Part shown: piece after piece, positions 54,341 to 64,000 of the stretch | Position numbering within the stretch: position 1 is the first letter of the stretch | Layout of the letters: every line of letters starts with the position of its first letter | From: Lytechinus pictus | Taxonomy: Eukaryota | Reading direction: 5' to 3' | NCBI RefSeq assembly: GCF_037042905.1 | Contig: NC_087256.1 | Coordinates: 24,366,001 to 24,430,000 of the forward strand | DNA: 64,000 nt | The notes under the pieces: model-generated | Told to the model about the DNA's origin: nothing | Databases searched by the model: none | Seen by the model: the letters and a program-made list of their open reading frames with translations, nothing else | Made by a program: the position numbers and the translations under genes

Positions 54341-55329
54341 GCCACCGTTTTGCTTGCGCGACTCTCGTAAACACGGATTTTTTTTTTTTTTATTGGTACT
54401 TTGTACTGGAAGCTAGCCCCAGGCAACCCCTATTCCCCCCTCTCGTAGATCCGCCCGCACCTCACGCGCTGCATTCGCTGCAAAGCTTCGCTGCAAATGT
54501 TGATCCGACGTGCACGCCGAACACTGACCTCATTTTATGTGAAGTGTACGCTGGCGCGCTGTGTGTGTGTATGTGTATGTGAACCTGCACTATTCAGTGT
54601 ATTCTCGTGCGACGCTCCGGCGGATTAGCCAATAGCGATCGAGATAATAATTGCCCCGTTCCCCAGCGTGTACGGATTATGCAAATTAGATTTAATGTAG
54701 AATATAACGGTACTTCGTACTAATCTCTTGGAACTCCTTTGCACACTCTCATTATGGAACAATGGCTATGCACGCGTTGGAACGCATTTGGGGTTTTGAC
54801 GCCTCGCCTAAGCATTACAAGTACTTGATCGAATGCAGAGGAAGTTCAGCAAGAGCTGAAAACAAGGTTTGAAGTTTTGGGTTCACTCAAGCATAAGATG
54901 TGCATACTGTGTAATCTCAGTGAAACTTACAAGCAGTCCGAAAAAGTAGTGTCCAAGAAACTCTTGTATCTTTTCTTTTATTCAACTTCACAACTTCACG
55001 ACAATTTTTTTACAGTATGAAGAAGAAGAATTGCTCTTTCAGATAAGCCATTTTTCTAATTTTTGTTTTTTGGAGACTAAATTACTATTTTGGCTATTTA
55101 CAGAGAACCTAACCTGGCGACTTATTGGTGGTTTGGGGGTGGTAGGTCACATATGTATTCATGTGGTCATACTACCTCAGGTCTGATGAACCCATTCCTA
55201 CAAAATTCAAGGCTCTAGATAGAATGACCCATATGTTGCATTCATTTCTGATGACAATGCTTTGTCAGTATCTACTTTGAATTATCCCAGATACTACTCT
55301 AAAAGTGCATACACAAGAATCTTGCCACC

Positions 55330-55766
55330 ATGTAACCTGTTTTTATTATTTACATACATGTATATGCGAGCTTCAGTTTCTTATAACTCAATTTTTTGAA
55401 GGACCTATTCTTTGGATAATGTACCATATTCTTTAAAAATATGCCGAACCTTCAATTCATTCAAACATTATTACAAATAACATCTTTCAAGTTTGTATTC
55501 TTAATTTGCTGTATAATTACGCTATTCTGAATTTACGTGTTAATATTTGTTTTCATTTATGTTATCTGTTTTTGGAATATTAATTATTTTTGTCTTTATA
55601 GATGTTGGGTCAACGTTCAATAAGGCTACCTGCTCTTTTTTGTTGGCCCCTCATTCTCATAAATATGTTTTTTGTATGTCATAACAATGTTTTACTTCTA
55701 TATCTTATGTATGTTTTTCATGTTTGTTTGTGTTTTTTTGAGAATGTAAATGAATTGAATTGAATC
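55330..55766 (+). mobile_element. LINE 3'-end fragment
   Basis: Encodes a GPILWDNVP-like motif, followed by an AT-rich 3'UTR and a (TGAAT)n tail. Confidence 0.6.
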
Positions 55767-55838
55767 TATATGCTACTTGTAGACTTTGTGATGCAAATTC
55801 TTTGTCTACATGTATATCTACTTTGATTTCTCTCCCAG

Positions 55839-55971
55839 ATACTACTCCAAAGCGCGTGTTGTCCTACTTCAGTACCAGCACATGCCTTCATTCCACGGTA
55901 TCCATAGAGACTGCAATGAAATCGTCAATGAACTAAGGCTCAAGTTAAGAGAACAGTTCGGGAACAAAGAG
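55839..55971 (+). CDS. VPS51: VPS51 coding exon 5
   Basis: (R)YYSKARVVLLQYQHMPSFHGIHRDCNEIVNELRLKLREQFGNKE; ctcccag acceptor, GTAAAT donor, phase 2/0. Confidence 0.93.
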
Positions 55972-55994
55972 GTAAATGTTCTATCATTCTTAAA

Positions 55995-56275
55995 AGGCTT
56001 AGTCCCACTCCACTTACGGATGCAGAGATGATGTAAAATGGAAAAGAATCTTGCCATCCGTTGGAAAACGTTTTGTATCCGTTGTGTACTCTTGGCATAC
56101 ATGTATCATACGCTCTATATCCATCGAGCATCCATCCACTGTTATTTCATTGTTCGCCCATCTTGTCCATTGTCTGGAGTGGATGAAACCGGATGGAGCC
56201 ACCCCAAAATTTTGCTTGTCCGCTGTATCCGTTATGAATACGTTTTTGTGTCCTTCGGCCAGTGGGACCAGGCCT
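55995..56275. mobile_element. Harbinger-like MITE
   Basis: AGGCTTAGTCCCACT...AGTGGGACCAGGCCT termini with internal ATCCGTT repeats. Confidence 0.7.
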
Positions 56276-56649
56276 TTAGATTATTGGGCAAAAACTTTGC
56301 CGTAATACATGTAAACTTGAATCAAATATTCGCCAAGGTCAAACCAATTTTTTCATGCCAGATTAGGCTACACATCTTTTATAGACCTCTTCTAAGGCAC
56401 ATTTCTCATTTGAACAAAACAGATTTGTGGTCCGAATAGATTGGAATTAAGAAGCAAAGTTATCTGCATTTTGAACTGATTGTAAATAGCACTTCTGTTT
56501 ACACTTTGAGTCGGGTAACCATATTTACCACATCATTACACTTTACTCAGATTGCAAAGTCAACCTGGAATTTTGATTGAAAATTGTTAGATTCTGTGTT
56601 ATTATCTTTGAATTCAATCCTCGATCATATATTAAATTTTATCTACTCT

Positions 56650-57755
56650 GTAATTACTTTTACATAGTTATTATTCCATTGTCTGATGCTAAACAGCTTG
56701 CTTGATGTGTAGATCTGTTGCTTTTAACCAATAATTGTGTTATCACTTTCATACAATATTAATTTCTTAGTCTGATGCCAAACAGCTGGCTTAATGTGTA
56801 GATCTGTTACTTTTAACCAACTATTGTGTAATCAATTTCATACAGTAATTTTTATGGCTAGTCTGATCTAGGCAGAATGTTACACGTGTGTTTAACCAAA
56901 TATTGTGTAATCACTAGTTTCATACAATGATTATTCCCTAGTCTGATGCTATAAAACCGCTAGCTGAATATGTAGATCAGTTTCTTTTAACCAACCATTG
57001 TGTAATCGCTTACAAACAATGATTATTCCCTAGTCTGATGCTAAACAGCTAGCTAAATATGTAAATCAGTTTCTTTTAACCAACCATTGTGTAATCGCTT
57101 ACAAACAATGATTATTCCCTAGTCTGATGCTAAACAGCTAGCTAAATATGTAAATCAGTTTCTTTTAACCAACCATTGTGTAATCACTTTCATACAATGA
57201 TTATTCCCTAGTCTGATGCTAAACAGCTAGCTGAATGTGTAATCTGTTTTTAACCGATGTTGTGTAATCACTTTCATATGAAGATTATTCCCTAGTCTAA
57301 TGCTGAACAGCTATCTGAATATGTAGATCTGTTTCTGTTAACCGACCATTGTGTAATCGCTTACATATACATGTAGTATTTATTTCCTAGTCTGATGCTA
57401 AACAATGTGTAGATCTGTTGCTTTTAACCAACTGTTGTATAATCAATTTCATACAGTAATTATTATGGCTAGTCTGATGCTAAGCAGAATGTTACATATG
57501 TTTTTAACCAACCATTGTGTGATCTTTCATACAATGAATATTCCCTAGTCTGATGCTAAACAGCTAGCTGAATTTGTAGATCTGTTTCTTTTAACCAACC
57601 ATTGTGTCATCATATACGTGTAGTAGTTATTCTCCAGTCTGATGCTAAACAATGTATAGATCTGTTGCTTTTAACCAAATATTGTGTAATCTTTCATACA
57701 ATGATTATTCCCTAGTCTGATGCTAAACAGCTAGCTGAATGTGTAGATTTGTTGC
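56650..57755 (+). repeat. Tandem array (13 units, 76-95 bp) built from the VPS51 exon-6 3' splice site plus the first ~35 nt of the exon
   Basis: Repeated ttattccctag|TCTGATGCTAAACAGCTAGCTGAATGTGTAGAT units; only the last continues into the true exon. Confidence 0.95.
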
Positions 57756-57804
57756 TGCAACTCAAAGAACCACCCGATGAGCTCTTTGATGAGTTTCTTT
57801 CTCA
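57716..57804 (+). CDS. VPS51: VPS51 coding exon 6
   Basis: SDAKQLAECVDLLLQLKEPPDELFDEFLS(H); ccctag acceptor (last unit of a tandem array), GTAAGT donor, phase 0/2. Confidence 0.9.
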
Positions 57805-58551
57805 GTAAGTATGAGTAATGACTTCTTAATGAATTGACAGCTTTAACTATGTAGACACTTTCTTATTATTAGACTTGTTTCTTCAAAGTAACTGTCATTG
57901 TAACTTTCAATATATCTGTAAAGCGCTTAGAGATGTTCCGATGTATTAATCGCTATATAAAAGCAGATTATTATTATTATTATCATCATCATCATCGTCA
58001 GGATCATCGTCATCATCTTTTTCACTTCATATTTCCTTTCTTTTAACCGCTTAGAGGCAATTTGTGGTATACAAAATGATTATTATTATTAATTATTATC
58101 ATCGTCATCATCATCAATCATTATCATTGTGACTTTGCCATTCTATGGTAACAATGCTCAACAACCACTCAAGTCTAGGATTCCAAGGAAGTTACAGATG
58201 GATCTCAAAGGTACCATTATCGTGACTCTTCATTAACAGACCCCAATGGCCCGATGTATGAAATTTTACTATTAAAATCATCACTTCACTGGAAAAATGA
58301 TATTGATTTGTAGGTATTTATTAAAGTATTGTTATCAAGGTAGTTGGCTAGTTGCATTAAAGATACCAAAGTTTCTGTAATAGTAGCTTTTTTAGGAAAT
58401 TGGCAAGAGGTTATATTGTCCGTAAATGATGATATTGGGGATTTTTGGGGAGTGGGTTATGTTTATCTTTATTGAAGGAACGAAATAATTTGTTAATTTC
58501 ATGTAATGAGTGTATTTAGACTAAATTTCGTGTCTGTGAATTCACTGACAG

Positions 58552-58708
58552 TGCCCGACACAAGTTGGATGAGAGTCTGAGGGAGATGTCAAGTCATGTG
58601 AAGACTGGTAGACAGCGGACCGCATCCAGCCCTGAGGAAGATGAGGATGGTGTTAGCAATCAGGAGGGGGAGAGACCCTCTGATAAGATCATGAGGTCAC
58701 TTCCAATG
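58552..58708 (+). CDS. VPS51: VPS51 coding exon 7
   Basis: (H)ARHKLDESLREM...RSLPM; gacag acceptor, GTGAGC donor, phase 2/0 consistent with neighbouring exons. Confidence 0.85.
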
Positions 58709-59858
58709 GTGAGCCTAACTTTTGTTTTGATATGTTTCTCCCTCTGGGCCTCCATATCTTCATCGCTCTGCACATTTCTGTATTGTTGAAATAGAATATT
58801 TGTGTGTGTATTGTGGTGTTTTTTCAATATCCTGTGTTTATTGGCCTCTCTTTAAAGGAGAGGGACATCTCATAGTATACACATAGAATGCACGTAAGCG
58901 CATGCATGCAGGGCTAAATAATGAACGATGTGCGAGAAGAGCCAATGGATATTTGGCGAGTTGAGCACAGAGTTCATTATTTAGGTCCTCTATGCACAAG
59001 AATGCGTGCATTGTTTGTTTTGTACAACCCCCCCATGTTACTGAGTTGCCCCAAATGCTATATTTGATCTAAATTCTAGATAATTCCAGACCTCGCACTA
59101 TCCTGCACTCTGACGTCAGAGTGCAGGATAGTGCATATTGGATGCAATAGTGCAATTCGCTGAATATCATGTGATCCGATTTGGACCAATCAGATCACAG
59201 AACACTCTTGGGAGTTGTATAAAAATATCTGTTTGATCGGGAGACCCAAGAAATGAGACGGATGATGGTTTCAATGTATATAGCAGGTTCTGTCTTATCG
59301 AACATTAATTCAAACATTAACGCGAGTTGTAACATTCTCCATATGAGTTTGAAAAGAATCCAGTAAATTTATATGTGTGAAAAATCATATCTGTCAAATG
59401 ATTGTGGTAGAAAATGCGTAATTACTAAGATATTGAAACAATAAACATGGCTTTCCAGGCAATAAAAGCCTGGTCCCACATGTGGTTATCTGTGTTGGTG
59501 AGGTTCGGTGTGATCATTTTCAGCATAGATTTCATGGATTCAGAGAGTTAGGTTGATGTAGATGAACCTGATCTAGATCAGTGATGAAAGATGACAGTTA
59601 GCCTGAGCTGTAAAGACTTATGTTTGCTGCAGTTGTACTCATCTTCGAGAAGAAAGCTTCCTCAAGAGAAATTATTACAGGAAAATTCTGTGTAATTTGT
59701 AAAACTGTAGTTGCTTCAAAACTCACTCTAATTCCCCCACCCAGGCACAGTACAGGTTGATTTCCAAAGGCTTTCAACTATAAACCCAAAGTTAAAATCT
59801 ACTAAGATCCCTATACAATGCCAACCTCCTATGATAAAGTTGTGTTTTATTCTTTCAG

Positions 59859-59962
59859 GATATATTGGAGTTTGTTGACAGCAGCTGCAATGGTTTTCTT
59901 GAGAACATCTGTTTAGTAATAGCCTCATACAAGGAGCTCTTTGTGAACAGGCAAGCAGGAGA
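59859..59962 (+). CDS. VPS51: VPS51 coding exon 8
   Basis: DILEFVDSSCNGFLENICLVIASYKELFVNRQAG; tttcag acceptor, GTAAGT donor, phase 0/2. Confidence 0.92.
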
Positions 59963-61673
59963 GTAAGTACATATTACTGATATTTTTGTTTCATTAATAA
60001 GATAAGATCATGGTCCCATTGATTGTGTTAATAACAAAATGCAAATTTCTACATGTTTATTGTTAGCCAATCAAATGGAATGATTTCAGAAGTTTTTAAC
60101 TGTTACTGCAAGTTTCTTATTATAACAAGTTCTATGAAACAGGCCGCAGGTTGATAGACGAAGAGGGAAAATGAGGTTATTCCAGGCCTGAAAATAGCCT
60201 GAGGCCTTCAGCGCCCCTACTACAAGGCTTCGATGCCCTCTTCCTTCTGATTAAAGTTGAATTTAGGCCACCTGCCTCTTTTAAAGCAGATACGAACCAT
60301 TAGCGCCATATCGAGTCCTCAACTACTCATACCTGGCCAGTTTCCTGACCCATAATGCCAGTGTAGTCTAGTAATATAGACCCACTTGAATGATAACGTG
60401 CTAATTAACTACTCAGTACATTTATACTGCAATAATTATGTTACCAAGTAGCAAAGCAATTACTTTTCCTCTCAAAACATTTTAGTTTCTCTGTACAAAT
60501 ACAATTATAGGTCAATTTATTCTCTGTAGTATTAGTAGATATCTGAAAACATATATTTTAAGACTATGTATTTGTAACACACAGTCAATGAGAGACCACA
60601 CACAGTTCACTCCCCCTTTAATGTGGCCTTGATCCCCGCTGCTGCTTGCACTATTTGAGAAATGTCTCTTCAACATCCAATTTGAAGGACATGTATAGTT
60701 TATTTTCAGCTGAACTACACGGGATTGCTGCAGAAAACCAAAAAAGTTGTAATAAATAAAGAGAAGATTGACAAATTTAAGTATTCATGCTCTAGATTGA
60801 AGTCAATTCAATTCAAAAATGGTATTTATTGATGATCAAACATGTTAATAACAATCGCACATAAAAAAGAGCCGGAGCTGGAAAATTCATGTTTACAAGT
60901 TTGTGTTGGCACAATAAATTACACAGTAAAAAACATAGTAAAATGCATTAAAAAGGCTATACATTTAAAAAGCTAATGCAATTTTAGATACAACATAAAA
61001 GGCAATGAATGAATTTAACATGATAATGGCTAACTTGAAGGAGACTGGCACTTTCTTTTATTCACAAAATTGACTGTAAAGTGGGGAGGGGGTGACCATT
61101 TTCCATTGCCTTTCCTAGTGGACACATCTTTTTTTAGTATGTCAACCAAAAAAGGCAATGGAATATTTTTAAATCTTGTTGTTCTTGTGTGAAATTGTTG
61201 GTAATTGTTAAATGTATATAAAGAGATCTTGTATATTTGTATGTACCGTACATTCATTCTTATGTCTGATAAACTTCATAGTCAGCAGTTGTTAGTAAGA
61301 ACCTATTAAAGATGTGTATTATATATTTTACAGTCTAGTGCAATCATCAAGTGAGCTTTATCTAGGTACCCACATGTCAAATGGTGATTTATTGATTTGA
61401 TATAATTTTTATACCACCACTCACATACTGTATCAAATTATATGTCAAAATGCATTGATTTGAAAAATTATATTCGTTGTGTCTGTAATTGTTCCTAAGT
61501 TAATATTGATATATATTTGTGTTAATCTTTATGTCGACATTGACCTAGCCAAAAGACATAGATAATGATAGGAAAAATCACCATATAGCATGGAATGTTG
61601 TGTCATTGAATGAATTTAAGATTATTTCATGGTCAAATGAAATTGTTATTTTACCATTGTGTATTATGTAAAG

Positions 61674-61785
61674 TTCGCAGGAAGAGGAGGAGTTGGAGCA
61701 GGTCGCCCATGCCAAGCTTGGTCAGTTTGTGGATTCCAGGATTCAACAGTACTTTACATGTATTCAGGATAGAATACACGCTGAG
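61674..61785 (+). CDS. VPS51: VPS51 coding exon 9
   Basis: (D)SQEEEELEQVAHAKLGQFVDSRIQQYFTCIQDRIHAE; GTAAT donor. The start is inferred from phase (AAG acceptor at 61671-73). Confidence 0.8.
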
Positions 61786-62072
61786 GTAATTCAGTCTTTT
61801 CTTTCTCACTAGAAATTTAATCAATGCTTAATCTTGGGCGATAATTTTTAAGCTTCTAGGCCTCATTGCATAAACGTTACTTTTATTGTAGCTTTGCCAT
61901 CTAGCCATTTTGTCTTTTTTTTTGCTATTTCTCTTAAGAATATCTTGTTTAAATCGCCCTTTATATAATTTCAGGGGCTGTTTTATAAAGCTGTTCAGTT
62001 CAGCAGAACTTTTACAAATGATTTGAATATACATTCATTTTGCTGAGTGTAAAATATTTTCTGATACTTTAA

Positions 62073-62665
62073 AGGTCAAGTCCACCCCTGAAAAATGTTG
62101 ATTTGAATAAATAGAGAAAAATCAAACAAGTATAATGCTGAACATTTCATCAAAATCGGATGTAAAATAACAAAGTTATGACATTTTAAAGTTAAGCTAA
62201 TTTTTCACAAAACAGTTATATGCACAACTCAGTGACATGCAAATGAGAGAGTCGATGATGTCCATCACTCACTATTTCTTTTGTTTTTTATTGTTTGAAT
62301 TATACAATATTTCAATTTTCACCAATTTGACATTAAAGACCATCTTAACTGAGCCATAAGATGTCATAACAATGGTAATACCACATGTTCAGGGAGGAAA
62401 AAATTTTGTCTGACAGGACAATGAGGAGAAAATTAGAATAATTCATATTTCACATAATAAAATACAAAAGATATAGTGAGTGAGTGATGTCATCAGTCCC
62501 CTCATTTGCATACCGAACAAATGTGCATATAACTGTTTTGTGAAATTAAGCGAAACTTAAAAATATCATAACTTTCTTATTTTACATCCGATTTTGATGA
62601 AATTTTGCTTGTTGGATTTTTCTCGTATTATTCAAATCAACTTTATGCTGGGGTGGACTTGTCCT
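62073..62665. mobile_element. Kolobok-like MITE
   Basis: TTAA|AGGTCAAGTCCACCCC...GGGGTGGACTTGTCCT|TTAA. Confidence 0.85.
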
Positions 62666-63083
62666 TTAAGAAAGTATCTATATGACTACTTGTATTTCCA
62701 ACAATGTTAATTCTTTTTAGACCCACCCTCCCTCACCCCCATGAAAACAATATATATAGCTGGTACTTTGCATTGTAATCAATGGATGATCATAGGAATT
62801 TTATTTTATTTCTGCTTATTTCATTTTAAGCAAATGCAATGAAACTCAATTTAAAATAGTATTTTGCATAAGAAAAAATGTTTTGTAAAATAATGTGACA
62901 TACAGTAATTCAAAATTTCATATCTATGTTCAATTTTAATATGCATCGTTGAATTGTTCACAAGAAGTTGCAAAGTGTCGTACAGAAACAATATGACATT
63001 TCTGTTCCTTATATAACAACAGCTAGCAATCAGAAAATTGTAAGCAAGCTAAAAGATTTCTTGCAATGTGCATACCATTCCAG

Positions 63084-63264
63084 AAATCTTCTGTGGAGAA
63101 TTCGCTGCTGGTGAGAGCGTTAGATCGGTTCTTCAGACGGCTGCAAGCGGTCCATCGACTCTTACCGGACCTCAAGATTCTCCAGCGAGGAGCTGATATA
63201 GTAGCAGCCGCAGCCAAGGAGAGGGCCCAGTACTACGGGGATGGTCTTAAGAAGCACTTTGCAG
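63084..63264 (+). CDS. VPS51: VPS51 coding exon 10 (gene continues beyond the window)
   Basis: KSSVENSLLVRALDRFFRRLQAV...KKHFA contains the conserved LVRALDRF motif; ttccag acceptor, GTGGGT donor. Confidence 0.93.
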
Positions 63265-63354
63265 GTGGGTGACAGAACGTTGGATTATTATCCTGAGTGG
63301 CCCTTTTTATCAAGAATAGACTAGATTGATATTAGTCGTAATTATGGAGGGCCG

Positions 63355-63592
63355 GGGTCCCGTCTTACAAATAGTTACGATTGATCCGATCGAACTCAAC
63401 TGCATGGAAATCCATCAACGTCAGCATATTTTTATACTGGAAATTTGCACAATGTCTTTTGTAAGCAAAGAGAAGTTCGCAGGAATATTTAGAAAATATT
63501 TTGAACAAATATGTAGTTTACATGTTGGCATTGCTGGCTTTCCATAGTTGTGGTTGATCGGATCAATCGCAACTCTTTGTAAGACAGGGCCA
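63355..63592. mobile_element. Harbinger-like MITE, same family as 41716-41985
   Basis: GGGTCCCGTCTTACAAA...CTCTTTGTAAGACAGGGCC; internal sequence shared with the 41716 copy. Confidence 0.8.
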
Positions 63593-63593
63593 A

Positions 63594-63860
63594 GGTATGC
63601 AGTGCGAGTTGGTGCAGTCAGTAAAACGTCCGTCTGTTGAACCAGAGGTTGTAGGTTCAAGTGCATCCCAGGCAGATGACTGAAGCCGGCATTGCATGTT
63701 ACAGTAGAAGGTAATCTATCCTTCAGATAGGATGTTAAATGGAGGCCCCATCTAGAGAAGAGTAACCCCCTTTGCATGTGTAGAACCCACTGCACTATTT
63801 GTATAAGAGTAGGAGGAAACCCCAATGCAGTGGTGCACCTGCACACCCCCAAATCAGTTA
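63594..63860 (+). mobile_element. Degenerate tRNA-derived SINE with Deu/Nin-type domain
   Basis: TGGTGCAGTCAGTA / GGTTCAAGT boxes; GATGTTAAATGGAGGCCCC...GCACTATTTGTATAAGAGTAGG. Confidence 0.7.
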
Positions 63861-64000
63861 TGTTGGGAGGAGAGTCCAGGGCATGTCTTACAAAGAGTTA
63901 CAACTATGGAAAGCCAGCAACGTCATCATCTAAAAAGCATGTTTGTTCAACACATTTCTAGATGTGATGTCCATTCATAAATTCATAGTTTTCGTGAAAA

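Larger units (their letters stand above)
44098..54808. mobile_element. Inner ~10.7-kb PIF/Harbinger-like non-coding element or composite
   Basis: TAA|GGCGGGACGTCAA...TTGACGCCTCGCC|TAA (11/13 TIR match), with octamer motifs ~100-120 bp inside each end. Confidence 0.55.
43972..55150. mobile_element. Outer DNA transposon with ATAT TSD (Sola1-like), split by a 10.7-kb insert
   Basis: TIR GTGACCT(G/A)CCACCCC(A/C)AAACCA(G/C)CAATAAGTCG at both ends; ATAT flanks. The superfamily assignment is tentative. Confidence 0.75.

Noticed and set aside
56682-57715. Dscam-like mutually exclusive exon cluster
   Set aside because: The units contain only the first ~35 nt of the exon and lack the exon's 3' half and donor.
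60268-60360. HDV-like ribozyme (GCTAATGG on the minus strand)
   Set aside because: Could not build the P1/P2/P3 pairings.

Overview
AT-rich, intron-rich animal genomic DNA. The MITE/SINE repertoire and genes suggest an invertebrate deuterostome, most likely a sea urchin (inference). Two divergently oriented genes are present. (1) Minus strand: a BMP-subfamily TGF-beta ligand (ADMP/ADMP2-like). Coding exon 1 is 22825-22324, followed by a ~21-kb intron and exon 2 at 1108-293; the rest of the mature domain lies left of the window. (2) Plus strand: VPS51 (GARP/EARP subunit), with ten phase-consistent coding exons from 40440 to 63264, continuing beyond the window. The rest is non-autonomous DNA transposons (many with identifiable TIRs and TSDs), tRNA-derived SINEs, LINE/Penelope remnants and satellites. 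The most notable observations are: an array of 12 decoy copies of the VPS51 exon-6 splice acceptor, none of which can give a productive mRNA, plus a duplicated exon-5 acceptor; an 11-kb nested transposon-and-satellite stack filling VPS51 intron 4; a 527-bp near-perfect foldback element with a 9-bp TSD; and a Penelope-type minimal hammerhead ribozyme. All coordinates were read by eye.
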